64,000 bases of DNA, from assembly GCA_965644295.1 (NCBI GenBank), contig CBFFRP010000149.1:62001-126000 (forward strand). Direction: 5' to 3'. The stretch comes from Paraphysomonas bandaiensis. Its lineage: Eukaryota; Protista; Chrysophyceae. Each line of letters opens with the position of its first letter. Position 1 is the stretch's first letter. The translations under genes were made by a program, and so were the position numbers. The notes beneath the pieces are model-generated. The model saw nothing but the letters and a program-made list of their open reading frames with translations, did not search any database and was not told where the DNA came from. Below, one piece after another: positions 45,970 to 58,021 of the stretch.

Positions 45970-47275
45970 ACCTAATACACCCGATGCTTGACTATATTCC
46001 TATGGAAAACACGCAACTGGTGCCAATGGAGGCTAACAGCAGCAGTATGGGCAGTACAGTCTCGCTGTCAAATGAATGAGATGTACGTGTGTATGATACG
46101 ATTGTCTCTACTTAACCACGTATACAGCAGTATACATGTATACCACTGGTACACCTGGTATGTGTATATCCATACCAACAAACAAGTACAGCAGTATTTT
46201 GTCAGTATTCCTTATGATAGAACGGCCGGTTTGCCCCTTTTTGCCGGTTGGTGTTGATGAGCTCTACTTCACTGTCCCATATTCAATATTCAGCATCCTC
46301 CCATGTATGCATGATACAGAGCCATACATCTCTTTCAATTTCATAGTTCACGCTCTCTATAGTATATATAAAATATGTGCAAGGTAAATAACTGATATCG
46401 TACCACAAATGTCGATTAGCTTTCAGAAACAATATTATATCAAGTGTAGTAGGATGCATACCTTTGGGAAGAATTAAGCTAATAAGTTTAGTTGCGCTGA
46501 AAAGGCGTTCACATGTATTGGAAGTACTTTTATCAAGTCTTATATAAGGGAAGTGAAATCAGAATTCTGTCCAGCAGTAGAAATCATATCAGTCACTACA
46601 TCTGGTAAGGCTTTCTTGAAACAGGATCTCTTGAAAGCATTCATTGTCCAGGCACCTCTTCTTATCATTATGACATATATGATATATATATTGTATATTA
46701 TATGATGAGAAGTGTACATGTATAGAGAGTAGTGCAGAGCGAGTGATACCTAAACACCACAAAAAAACATTAAATATTAAATATAGACTTTTCTTCTTTT
46801 TCCGGATATTTTCGTACATGGACTTATACCTTATACTGTACATCGTACTATTAAGAAGCTTTCGTTTTACAATATATTGATGGTCATATATTGTGAGCTA
46901 CCTTAATAGCAACAATATCGATGGAATTTTTGGCCGGTCCACCAATAAATACGTTTTACAATATATTGAAATTCAATTTATTGTTCCCTAGCCCTGGTCG
47001 TTGCAAGTATAAATGAACAACTTACTTCAACCTAAGCCTACTATGTTGGTGACTAACACTGTATTATGATGTGTATTACATCTGCACCATATACTAATTA
47101 TTCAAAATGTACCAAGAATCGCTGAACACATTTAGACCAGAGAATATACTAATTATAGTAGTAATATTAGCAATAGCTTATATACATAGGTAACTCCTAA
47201 CCCGGGGGCTAAAAATACACATTATTCTTTCTCAATTCTATAACATGAAGATAATCACTGAAGTAAAGCCGATAT

Positions 47276-48199
47276 TTAAATACTATCTTTTTTGAAATCG
47301 GTGTGTGTCAAATTATATTTATATTGAAGGTAGTCGCCATATAACACGGGGTCATATGACGCGGGATTCTCGTCTGAAATAAATTGTGGCATACATTCCA
47401 CGAGTGCACATCTGTTGGGTTCATAAAAGAATGCCATGCTGTACCTATCTCTTTCAGACGAATCGATGACTACTCTGTGAACTGTAGACCTGAATTTATT
47501 GTTCGTCATACGTTGAAGACAGTCACCAAGGTTGACAATAAGGTAATTAGCATCAGGAGGTGGTACAGCACTCCATTTCCCATCGTAGTATATTTCCAGA
47601 CCAGGGACCCCATTGGTGGCTAGAATCGTAAGAAAACCGTAATCAGAGTGTGGCCCAGTCCCGAACACTCCTTCAGATGGACACGATGGCTGTCTGCCGT
47701 ATTTGATTAGACGTAGAATAGCAGTTGGGTTCGTACAATGAGATTCCAGGACTTCTACAGGTAGATCCAAGGCAGCAGTAAGTAGCTGCATGAGCTTGGT
47801 AGAAAGTGATGTACATTCCTCATGATATCGTAGCATTATCGATTTCCAATCCCCAAGTGAAGGATGAGTAGGCCACACATTCTTGTGCTCTGGATTTACA
47901 ACATCCGCATCCTCATTTGTGATGTAATAACCTTCCTTCGTATCACCACAAGACTGCGAATCAGGGCATACAGTCTCATCTTGAAACGACGTATACCCCA
48001 AATTTGCTTCATTGCACAAACTAAGACGTTTCACTGGGTCAGGGAGACTGAAAAATGCCTCAGATGCAGCTAGAGCACTTTGAACTTCTGTTAAACCGTG
48101 ATTACATAAATAGAAAAATCCAACGCTCTCACAAGCATCTTTCAATTGGCTTACTGCATTCAGGTCATCGCGTAAATCAACAACTGGTAAAGTTGTCAT
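47276..48199 (-). CDS. 2-oxoglutarate/Fe(II) dioxygenase, isopenicillin N synthase-like (DIOX_N + 2OG-FeII_Oxy)
   Basis: LPVVDL...ACESVGFFYLCNHG; HSDYGFLTIL; NLGDCLQRMTN; STVHRV; RYSMAFF. Confidence 0.93.
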   Translation of the reverse strand: MTTLPVVDLRDDLNAVSQLKDACESVGFFYLCNHGLTEVQSALAASEAFFSLPDPVKRLSLCNEANLGYTSFQDETVCPDSQSCGDTKEGYYITNEDADVVNPEHKNVWPTHPSLGDWKSIMLRYHEECTSLSTKLMQLLTAALDLPVEVLESHCTNPTAILRLIKYGRQPSCPSEGVFGTGPHSDYGFLTILATNGVPGLEIYYDGKWSAVPPPDANYLIVNLGDCLQRMTNNKFRSTVHRVVIDSSERDRYSMAFFYEPNRCALVECMPQFISDENPASYDPVLYGDYLQYKYNLTHTDFKKDSI

Positions 48200-48248
48200 T
48201 GCAGAAGGGTAGATACTCTCCACTCACTGCATACCTACCATGACATAG

Positions 48249-48942
48249 GTATGTATGTATATGTATGTATGTATGTATGTATGGATGTATGTATGTATGT
48301 ATGTATGTATGTATGTATGTATGTATGTATGTATGTATGTATGTATGTATGTATGTATGTATGTATGTATGTATGTATGTATGTATGTATGTATGTATGT
48401 ATGTATGTATGTATGTATGTATGTATGTATGTATGTATGTATGTATGTATGTATGTATGTATGTATGTATGTATGTATGTATGTATGTATGTATGTATGT
48501 ATGTATGTATGTATGTATGTATGTATGTATGTATGTATGTATGTATGTATGTATGTATGTATGTATGTATGTATGTATGTATGTATGTATGTATGTATGT
48601 ATGTATGTATGTATGTATGTATGTATGTATGTATGTATGTATGTATGTATGTATGTATGTATGTATGTATGTATGTATGTATGTATGTATGTATGTATGT
48701 ATGTATGTATGTATGTATGTATGTATGTATGTATGTATGTATGTATGTATGTATGTATGTATGTATGTATGTATGTATGTATGTATGTATGTATGTATGT
48801 ATGTATGTATGTATGTATGTATGTATGTATGTATGTATGTATGTATGTATGTATGTATGTATGTATGTATGTATGTATGTATGTATGTATGTATGTATGT
48901 ATGTATGTATGTATGTATGTATGTATGTATGTATGTATGTAT
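48249..48942. repeat. (ATGT)n tetranucleotide microsatellite, about 690 bp
   Basis: Near-perfect ATGT array with about two interruptions at the left end. Confidence 0.99.
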
Positions 48943-49136
48943 ATTCAGTTTTTCTTGTTGGAACATTATTTGTGTCCGTTAAAAAATTGTGTCAATGTCG
49001 GTTTTATTTCAGTTATTGTTGTACATATACAGATGTATGTATGTAAATCTCAGTTCTCATTTTAACGACGTTTTATATTCACCACATTATTGTTGATCAA
49101 GGAAACCGTCGTATATATTAGCCTTCACCTTACAGG

Positions 49137-50687
49137 ATGAGTACAGTACTTGATCGACCAGCCCCTTATGGGGTAAGAGCAATTCGTCATTTAAAGAAGA
49201 CGAGTAGTTCCACAAGGGTCACACCTAGACCTTGTATGAAACGTCAGCATGCAATCAACAAGGCATACGACTACTTTTTAAAAGAAGTTGATCCAATAGT
49301 TGGCGACTGCATAACGTTTTTATTATGTGTGCAACCTGACAATGTTCCTAAAGTTATGTTGGAGTACCTGTCTCAGAGAAAAAAAGGAGAGAAGCCATCG
49401 TTTTGTATTGACAAACCGGGAAAGACATCTAAAGCCCAAAGATTATTTTTGGCAACTCAAATTAGCCCCGTTTTAACTAAAGTTGTGAATCGTATAGCAA
49501 CATCTCGACCAGAAAATGTGTTGGACTTTATGTGCACAGAAATAGAGCAGATCATAAAAGAACAAAGTATATCATGTGAAGTGTGCGATGATAGAGGAAG
49601 TGAGGTGGATACGCCTTCTCGGAAAGCGAAATCACCATCTAGTGCGTTAGAAATTCCTTCTGCAGGTGGTAACTTACCTGCCCATGTGGACTCAACAACT
49701 GGCTTGCCTCCTGCGACTGTTCCTAAGGGACCCCCCAGGAACATTCAGATTATAATGTTAGGAGCTGGAGGAGCTGGCAAAACTTCGTTCGTCAATTCTT
49801 TACAAGGAAATTTTGATCCCTCAATTAAAGCCACAATAGGTTTTAGACCAACAAGTATGATGATGGGTGATGATACAAAGGTGAAATTCTATGACCTTGG
49901 TGGAAGCAAAAAAATCCGTAGCATATGGCCTGAGTACTTCCACGATGTTCATGGTATTGTGTATATTATCGATGCTACTTTGAGGGAAGGTCCTGAAGCC
50001 GAGGACAGTGTTAAGTTATTCCAGGAAACAATTCGAAACCCAATGCTGTCTGGGAAGCCGGTTCTTATCGTTGCGAACAAGCAGGATGTGAATGGTGCAA
50101 TGACATCTGTTGAAATTGTCAGTATGTATGGCACAAGCGGAATCCCTCGACTGCATATCGGAGAAATCAGTTGCAACCCTCATAAGAATGTGGCTATGGA
50201 TGGCCCTGAGGTGGAAAATCTTGAGGCGGATCCGAAGCAAGAAGAATCTCTCGAATGGCTGTTGAAGACAGTGCAAGAGAACTACGACGAGATCAACTCC
50301 AAAGTTACAGACGACAGTAAGAAGAAACAGGAGGCTGAAGCGGCCAAAAGAATGCAGAGAGAGCGTAAGGTTTTGCGCACCAAAATTTTATGCGCATTCC
50401 CAGATAAGGTTGATAAATCGTTTCTCACTCCCGATATGCCAACCGAACCTGAAGATGTCTTTACACAAGAGGAGGGGATCAAATTCTTGGCTGCTGAGAT
50501 CGGAGAAGAAGTTGAGGCACTTTCCCCCGAAGCACTTGAGGTCGCTGCTATGATAGGGTATCAGCGTCTTGCACTACAGATGGTTGGCGCTCTCAAGGCA
50601 CCGATATCAAAGAAAAAGACCCCCATGTCTTGGACTGATATTAGAAAAATTGTCAAGGAACTTCGACAAGAATTAGGACTTCAATAA
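49137..50687 (+). CDS. ARL13B: ARL13B-like ciliary GTPase with two N-terminal Dpy-30/RIIa-like docking motifs
   Basis: GAGGAGKTS, TIGF, YDLGGSKKIRSIWPEYFHDVHG (no catalytic Gln, as in ARL13), ANKQD, followed by a coiled coil. Confidence 0.75.
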   Translation: MSTVLDRPAPYGVRAIRHLKKTSSSTRVTPRPCMKRQHAINKAYDYFLKEVDPIVGDCITFLLCVQPDNVPKVMLEYLSQRKKGEKPSFCIDKPGKTSKAQRLFLATQISPVLTKVVNRIATSRPENVLDFMCTEIEQIIKEQSISCEVCDDRGSEVDTPSRKAKSPSSALEIPSAGGNLPAHVDSTTGLPPATVPKGPPRNIQIIMLGAGGAGKTSFVNSLQGNFDPSIKATIGFRPTSMMMGDDTKVKFYDLGGSKKIRSIWPEYFHDVHGIVYIIDATLREGPEAEDSVKLFQETIRNPMLSGKPVLIVANKQDVNGAMTSVEIVSMYGTSGIPRLHIGEISCNPHKNVAMDGPEVENLEADPKQEESLEWLLKTVQENYDEINSKVTDDSKKKQEAEAAKRMQRERKVLRTKILCAFPDKVDKSFLTPDMPTEPEDVFTQEEGIKFLAAEIGEEVEALSPEALEVAAMIGYQRLALQMVGALKAPISKKKTPMSWTDIRKIVKELRQELGLQ

Positions 50688-51219
50688 CTATCGACATTAT
50701 TCTTTTGATATTATTCTCGTATAGACATTATATATTGGTTGATATTTGTATTTGGCGGAAATTAGTACAGTGTCTTGCACGATAAGAGTAATCAGTAGCT
50801 AATATGCCAGATTATTTGCAGCTTTTTCAGATCATAAAAGCCTATAACTCATAGCCCTGCTTCGCATCATATTTCTTAGCAATGAATTCAATGTCAGACT
50901 ATTGGTACGGTAATAGGGCGATGTTTGTTGTCATATATCATATAGAGACAATATATCATATAGTGTTATGTATATAGTATATAGAATATGCCGTCATCTA
51001 CAAATCTACAAACAATATTTATTTCATCAATATTTCGTTGTACTTGACTGATATAATACACCTAGTTTAAGTGAAAAATATACTCACAGTAATACTAGAT
51101 AATTTGGTAATACACATCAATCAGCATAGTTATAAAACCCGAAATTCTCCAGGTTTGTTTATCGAATATGCATGTCGTTCTAATTCCTTCTCTTCATTCT
51201 ATTGGCATGGTATTGTCCG

Positions 51220-51420
51220 CAGAGAGCCTCTCCCTTACACAAGAACGGAAGTGGTTGCACCTTGGTGCTTGCGGCGACGCACAAGCAGCTTCTGTAGCGT
51301 TAAATAGTAGGAAATTAGAATTTACACTAGTTAGTTACTGGTAGAGGTCGATCGAGCTTGACTAGTCTTCATCTAACTACTTATCTGGTTTCGATTCTTG
51401 ACTCCTACTGCTAATAATAA
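51220..51420 (+). mobile_element. LINE-like 3' UTR fragment
   Basis: AAGAACGGAAGTGGTTGCACCTTGGTGCTTGCGGCGACGCACAAGCAGCTTCTGTAGCGTTAAATAGTAGGA matches the reverse complement of 9106-9177. Confidence 0.7.
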
Positions 51421-51750
51421 AACTTTTGTCCTTCTACTTTAATAGTCAACTAGACTTGCAAACCTCACAGGTCCACGAACTTCACACATAATTCAGTACA
51501 ATCATAATACAAACAAAAAAGATTAAGCTGCTTACTTCAGAGTTTTGAGCCAGCATAGTGGTGATTTCTACAATATTGTGGCACCATCATATAGCACGAA
51601 ATCCAAATTACAATTAATAAAAACACTAGAAACAATGCTCGATTACATGCTACTACACAATTACAAGTTAGCAAACACTTTGTGAAGTATCCATATCATT
51701 ATCTCCCTCATATCAAATAAAAGGCATTAAATTGGTACACATAGTACTCC

Positions 51751-52653
51751 TCACCAGGGATCAATAGTTGGCATTGCACACGTCAAAATATTGTCTGCTT
51801 TATTTTGAACTATAGAGTAGTGGCAAGGCCCGAGGTGCTTCAAACACCTGTGTGCGCACTCCCGTGTCTCCCCTCTCCACAGCTCCATTACTAGTACTTT
51901 CCGTGTCCCGCCTGTCACAGGTTGGACACAATGATACTTATGCGATGGGAAAACGAGCACATCTCCTTTATTGAACTCGTAACTCTGCAGTGCCCCGTCA
52001 CTTTCCAGGGTGGTGAACTCACCCCCTTCATACTCAGTTCTGTCAGAGCACATCACATCGACAGTGACAAGACTACCCTGATCGAAGTGCTGGTCATTTG
52101 CAAGCGAACCATTCTCTTCAACCTTGTGGAGCTCTACAACCCGAACTCGAATGTCTGATTTATCTCCATTAAGAAGACCCCATTCTTCCTCAGAATCAGC
52201 TGAGAGAGCTGTCTCTATCAATCGATCCACCAATTTTGAGTGCGAACGTTGGAACAAACCGTCTGTGTTCAGATAATAAGTCGACCAGGGGCCATCTGGA
52301 GTCTTAAAGCCGTTACCATCTCTTCGACTGTGATACATTAATACATTACAACTAATCATGATATTAAGATTAATATAAAACCTTGTCCCCAATACGCTTT
52401 TGTGAGTTTTCTGAAAACGAAGAACATCATCGATATCTCCATCAGAAAACAACTTGGGAGATCGATGAACTTTAAACTTTTGTGCAGTCTTGAGACATGG
52501 CAGCTCAGCGTTTATTTTCAATTGTTTTTCATTTTCAATAGAGAGATCTGTATTATTTGTTCGTACATTAATTGCTGTTGTATAGAGGTAGACTGCAGCA
52601 GTTGATACTGCCATGGATGCTGCATATGCCCCTCGTACCGTTTCGCTGAACAT
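51751..52653 (-). CDS. 2OG-Fe(II) oxygenase, prolyl-4-hydroxylase/PKHD-like
   Basis: HFDQGSLVTV, YEGGEF, GDVLVFPSHKYHCVQPVTGGTRKVLV; probable 54-nt in-frame intron at 52328-52381. Confidence 0.85.
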   Translation of the reverse strand: MFSETVRGAYAASMAVSTAAVYLYTTAINVRTNNTDLSIENEKQLKINAELPCLKTAQKFKVHRSPKLFSDGDIDDVLRFQKTHKSVLGTRFYINLNIMISCNVLMYHSRRDGNGFKTPDGPWSTYYLNTDGLFQRSHSKLVDRLIETALSADSEEEWGLLNGDKSDIRVRVVELHKVEENGSLANDQHFDQGSLVTVDVMCSDRTEYEGGEFTTLESDGALQSYEFNKGDVLVFPSHKYHCVQPVTGGTRKVLVMELWRGETRECAHRCLKHLGPCHYSIVQNKADNILTCAMPTIDPW

Positions 52654-53758
52654 TTTGGTGGTGATTAGTAGTTAAAATGCGTGTATATCGTTTAACTAAT
52701 CCATATATATATACAGTCATATGTAGCGTAGAGTTTGGTTAATACATACACTGTACACTCAGCATCAGTCGTATCTATCCTCAACTGTGGTGGAAGGTTT
52801 ATCTTCCAGAAATACTTGTAGCCGGAAAAATATTGTACACGGATGGCTGCCCGGAAGTGTAAGTGTGCAATCATTCCGTACTCCCGGTTAATTTTTCAGT
52901 TTGCTGATTACTTGAGATACAAATATCAGTATTTTTTGTCCAAGGTGTACACATCTAGATATCCGGTATTTGCTGAATAACAAGTTAAAATTGGCTATTT
53001 ATAGTGGAAAAATACCATATTTTATTACGAATGTAATCATGATCCACAGAATTCAATGAGGGGAGGAAAGAAGAGTATGATATGGACGTGCAGTTTGATG
53101 TATAGATTACTATGTGAAGTAAGAAGAATTATGAGTGAATGATCTGAACATAAAGACATTCACTATTGTGTGTTCCTTGCACAGAGATACATGTAGGATA
53201 GACATAAGCTGTAGAGAGGGCTTCATGAACGACTTTTCACTCGAGAAAGAGAACAGTTCTGAACTGCATAGTGACTATTAGTTTACTGCTCATAAAGCTG
53301 AATATTATATTGAAGCTACCGTAGTGTACAAGCAAAAGTTATTCTCAGTACAAGTGTCCCATTCCGAGGGCATGCTGTAGTTGAAGTGACAATAAATTTG
53401 TGCGATACTTTCATGATTACGAGTTATGCGAAAGAGGGAGAGAGCTAAAATTGTCTTATTTGAATCTACACTAGGCGTGTAAGATGTTAGTTGCTGTCTA
53501 TACCCCTGTCGTGAAGCACCATGAGAAACCTACAGTACAGACCAATATCACCCTTGAATCATTGTTGTAGATGTGAATATAAATTATTATTCTCTCAACC
53601 TTTATTACAACCCAAGTGCTATACTGTTAACCTGCAAGAAGCAGTTTTACGTATACCTAAAAAACGCAGAGTAAAATTTAGAATAGCAACTACTCGATGT
53701 TGCCGGGAATAGCATATCAATGATATTGGTGGGTTCAATAAACTGAAAGTGAAATAAA

Positions 53759-53842
53759 CATCATTCTGGTTAGCTCTATTATTAATAAGTACTTGGTTTT
53801 CATCATTCTGGTTAGCCCTATTATTAATAAGTACTTGATTTT
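53759..53842. repeat. 42-bp tandem duplication
   Basis: CATCATTCTGGTTAGCYCTATTATTAATAAGTACTTGRTTTT, two copies. Confidence 0.9.
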
Positions 53843-54383
53843 GATAAGTTATACTATTATACGTGACACTGTGTTTAGTTTAAAAATATGTGCGACGACG
53901 AAGTTCTAACAACCACATCTTCAAAAAATGCAGGAGTAATAGTAGAGTATATCAATCACATCACAATAAGTGAAATTGGCTACAGCTATAATCGCTTATT
54001 AAAATTTATCCATTATGCATGTTTATAGTTATAATGTGTTGATAAAAATGAATCCTTTACGTTCTATGATTTACGGAGAAAATACGTTCTCCTAGTCGAA
54101 GTGAAGTGAGTTTATGGAATAGCTGATCAATATAAGACTTCTTTACATGAAACATAGTCGATGCTTTACCATAAAAGGTAACTGTTTAAATGTGGGGATA
54201 CTAGATAGGCTAGGTGATCGATTTGCTATGAATTAAGCTTGCTATTTTTGACAGCAACCAGACCATGTGTGTTCTGGACATGCATATTAATTAGAAAATC
54301 ACAAGAACACGTTTACTATGACTATGTGGATGTATCGTTAATATAGTAGTGAAGGTACATGAACTCCAGATTCAATTAATTGA

Positions 54384-54935
54384 CTAAGGTTCTTCCGAAT
54401 CAATGTCAATTGGAAGAGTAACAGAGAGGACTTGTTTTTTAGAATCGAATTTAGCCTCGCCTCTATCAGGGTAAACATTGACAGGTAAGTAGGTAAAGAG
54501 CCTGTGAGTTCTCGACTCAGCTTTGATCCTATTTTTCGTGACATCCAAATCTAGCTCACGCATACTAGAATTGGGGAAGTGAATCTTTACAACGACATGG
54601 GTACAGTCGAATGAACCAGGAGTTTTATCACCGAGACCAAAATACGTATCTTCCGTCCCTACTGATTGCTTGTATCTAAACTCATACTGAGGCGTTGGTA
54701 GCGAACTTGTGGTGGTTAGAGCCAATAGTGCATCCTCAGTCGGAATCTCATCATCAGTCCATATGTCCTTACTCGTAGCCTCTTTCTTCTTCGCACCAGA
54801 AACAATCGTAGTATTATTTAACGCCATAGGGGCAACCGTTTCTGGCTGGGAAGAATGTTCATTTTGCGCATCACGACTCTCTTGCAGTAAATTAGACAAC
54901 GATGTGATACCTTCAGTTCCACTTAAAAAGTCCAT
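54384..54935 (-). CDS. DNAAF6: Dynein axonemal assembly factor 6 (PIH1D3/twister)
   Basis: KDIWTDDEIP, PQYEFRYKQSVGTEDTYFGLGDKTPGS and a C-terminal CS domain ending AKFDSKKQVLSVTLPI. Confidence 0.9.
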   Translation of the reverse strand: MDFLSGTEGITSLSNLLQESRDAQNEHSSQPETVAPMALNNTTIVSGAKKKEATSKDIWTDDEIPTEDALLALTTTSSLPTPQYEFRYKQSVGTEDTYFGLGDKTPGSFDCTHVVVKIHFPNSSMRELDLDVTKNRIKAESRTHRLFTYLPVNVYPDRGEAKFDSKKQVLSVTLPIDIDSEEP

Positions 54936-55402
54936 ACTATACAATTAGTCTCTACGCTGAATTCAGCCTCCGTATATATTAGAAGATATGATGGCGTGTA
55001 ATTAGCAGTACAGTAGTTTCAATGAACTGTTGAATTGCTTTTAATTCTAGTGTTTAATGCGTTACTTCTATGAGGAGTTAGACACTGCCTTGTATGCTTC
55101 AATCATACATAAACTACAGTACAGAGTACAACTCTTTTTGAAGAAGGGCTGGTGTGGTACAGTCGGTATACAGAGTATACTCTACATTGTTACAATAACT
55201 CAGAATTTCTGTAGAAATGTCCATAATAAACAAGCAGAAACCCAACTAAATGCTAAAAATCTCTACTATTCTACATACCTGCATATCTCTATGACATTCT
55301 GATGTACGATTATTCATAAGGTTCCTCACATTATACTCATACAGTACCATTCATGTGTCTCGGGTCATAAAGGCTAATAATCATTTTGTACTATTAGCCT
55401 CC

Positions 55403-58021
55403 ATGCCTTCAAAACGTAAACTATCGAAAAAAGGGTGTGATTATGATTCCGATGAAGAGTATGTTGATGAACGAGTTGTTCGTAGAGGGCCAGTCAAAAG
55501 AAAACAACCTGGAAGAAAAGTATCTCGTACAACAACAACAACAGCAACAACATCAACAGTAGCTGTTGAACAAGGAATTGATGGTGCAGAGGAAGTTGGA
55601 TGCTTGGATTTTTCTTATTTAAAACTGAAAAAGGATCATGCATCAAGACCCATATGGATTACACCGAATGGAGTCATCATTTTAGAAGCATTTTCGCCGA
55701 TATATCAACAGGCATACGATTTTCTAGTGGCTATTGCAGAGCCTGTTGCGAGACCAGAAAGTGTGCATCGATATATGCTGACTCCATTGTCTTTGTATGC
55801 AGCTGTTGCTGTTTCCATCAACACTGAATCCATCATCGAAGTGTTAAACCGCTTATGCAAGACGGAAGTCCCGGAGAGTGTTGTGCGTTTTATTCGAGAT
55901 TCCACCTCCACTTTTGGCAAAGCAAAGCTTGTCTTGAAGGATAATATATATCATGTAGAATCTGCTTTCCCAGATGTGCTGCGGGAACTACTAAAACACC
56001 CAACCATCGCATCATCTCGTCAATTTGACGGGGAAAACACAGGAGCAACCGAGGGATTTTCTACCTCGGTTGCTCCTAAGGAGATGGAGTCGAATTTGAG
56101 TTATGCGAAAATCGGCGCTGAATTGACCGCAGGAGGCGCATTGGGTCTAGATGAGGATGGCGATGATATGTCCGAGGGAACTATGAGCCGCACTGATGGA
56201 CACACTCTTCACAGTGTCTCATTCATGGTCAAGCGAGAGTTAGTACAGGAGGTGAAGCGTTGCGCACAGGAAATGAATTACCCCCTTATGGAAGAATATG
56301 ACTTCAGAAACGATTCGCGGAACCCGAGCCTGATCGCAGACCTCAAACCCTCCACAAGAATCAGGGTAAGTTGCAGCTTCAGAGACTATCCGATTGGCAC
56401 TGTCATATATTGCCTGTCTGTTAGATACTACTCTCAATGTTTATGGATCGTAATGTTTAACGGCAACATGTGCAGACTTACCAAGAGAAATCTTTGTCCA
56501 AGATGTTCGGAAACGGCCGGGCAAGGTCTGGTATCGTGGTGCTTCCATGTGGAGCGGGAAAGAGTCTGACTGGAGTCACTGCAGCATGCACTGTAAAGAA
56601 GTCTACAATGATATTGTGCATTAACAACGTCAGTGTAAAGCAATGGAAGGAACAATTTACACAGTGGACAACTATTGATGTAAGTGCCCCGTAGGCGACG
56701 TATTTCGTATGTTCACACGTATCCAGGAGAGTCGCATATGCCTCTTTACAGCCCAGCACAAGGAGCAGCTCCCGCCTCCTACCGATGCTTGTGTGGTGCT
56801 CACTACATATACAATGCTCTGTTATTCGGGTCAGAGGGCTGAAGCTGCTATGCCAATTGTAGAAGCCATAAAGGGACGGGAGTGGGGCCTCATGATACTA
56901 GACGAGGTGCACGTAGCCCCAGCGAGCAAGTTCCGGACGGTTCTTAATCTTGTCAATGCCCACTGCAAGCTCGGCCTTACTGCAACGCTTGTGCGAGAAG
57001 ATGACCTTATTGGTCATCTAAATTTTTTAATTGGGCCCAAGCTATATGAAGCTAACTGGATGGACTTAACGCAACAAGGTTACTTGGCCAATGTCCAATG
57101 TTGCGAGGTGTGGTGCCCTATGACAGCGGAATTTTATCGAGAGTATTTAGATCCAGAGCTGTCCATTCGTAAACAAAAACTTATGTATATTTTAAATCCG
57201 CGGAAATTTCGTGCTTGTCAATACTTGGTGAATCACCATGTGGATAGAGGAGATAAAGTGATTCTATTTTCTGACGATGTGGTTGCGCTAAAGATATATT
57301 GTGACACGTTGGGATGCGCTTTTATATATGGTGAGACCACCGAAGATGAGCGACGGAAATACCTTAACGGATTTAAGAAGCTGAAGGAGATGAACGTTAT
57401 AGGGCTCAGTAAGGTGATTTGAATCCGCTGTATTCTATTGTGTGTTCTAACTGTGCCGTGATGTAGGTCGGAGATACTGCTCTGGATATCCCAGAAGCGA
57501 ATGTTATCATCCAAGTGTCTTCTCACTTTGGTGCCAGACGACAAGAGGCTCAGAGGCTCGGACGTATACTCCGACCCAAGGCAAGCCAGCTTGCAGGTCA
57601 TGTTACAACAGGTTTTAATGCGTTTTTCTACACCCTGGTCAGCACCGATACAAGGGAAATGTACTTCAGCACGAAGCGACAGCAATATCTCGTGGATCAA
57701 GGTTATACATTTAAGGTAGTACAAGATCTGGTGGAGATAGCTGACCGAGAGGCAACTGTTTTGCAGTCAAAGGATGCTGAAATGACGATGCTCAACAAAA
57801 TACTCACTCTGGATAGGGATCAGGTTTTAGCTGGTTTAGAGGAGAGAGAGGACAAAGCTATCGCTGCAACTGGAGAGTATGAGGGACAGTACACTCTCAA
57901 CAAAGGTGCGACCAGACGTACATCTACTCTTAGTGCACTTTCAGGAGCAGATGGAGCGTCTTATATTGAATATGACGCAGGCACATCGCGACGTAGCATT
58001 TTATCCAATTTTAACCGTTAG
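55403..58021 (+). CDS. ERCC3: TFIIH DNA helicase/translocase XPB, 4 exons
   Basis: [91 protein letters not shown]. Confidence 0.98.

Noticed and set aside
48235-49065. Four ORFs of 243-266 aa (MYVC/HTYI repeats)
   Set aside because: They are translations of the stop-free (ATGT)n microsatellite.
53050-53460. Possible small spliced gene or pseudogene
   Set aside because: Splice-like signals are present, but the frames are interrupted by stops and no family is recognisable.
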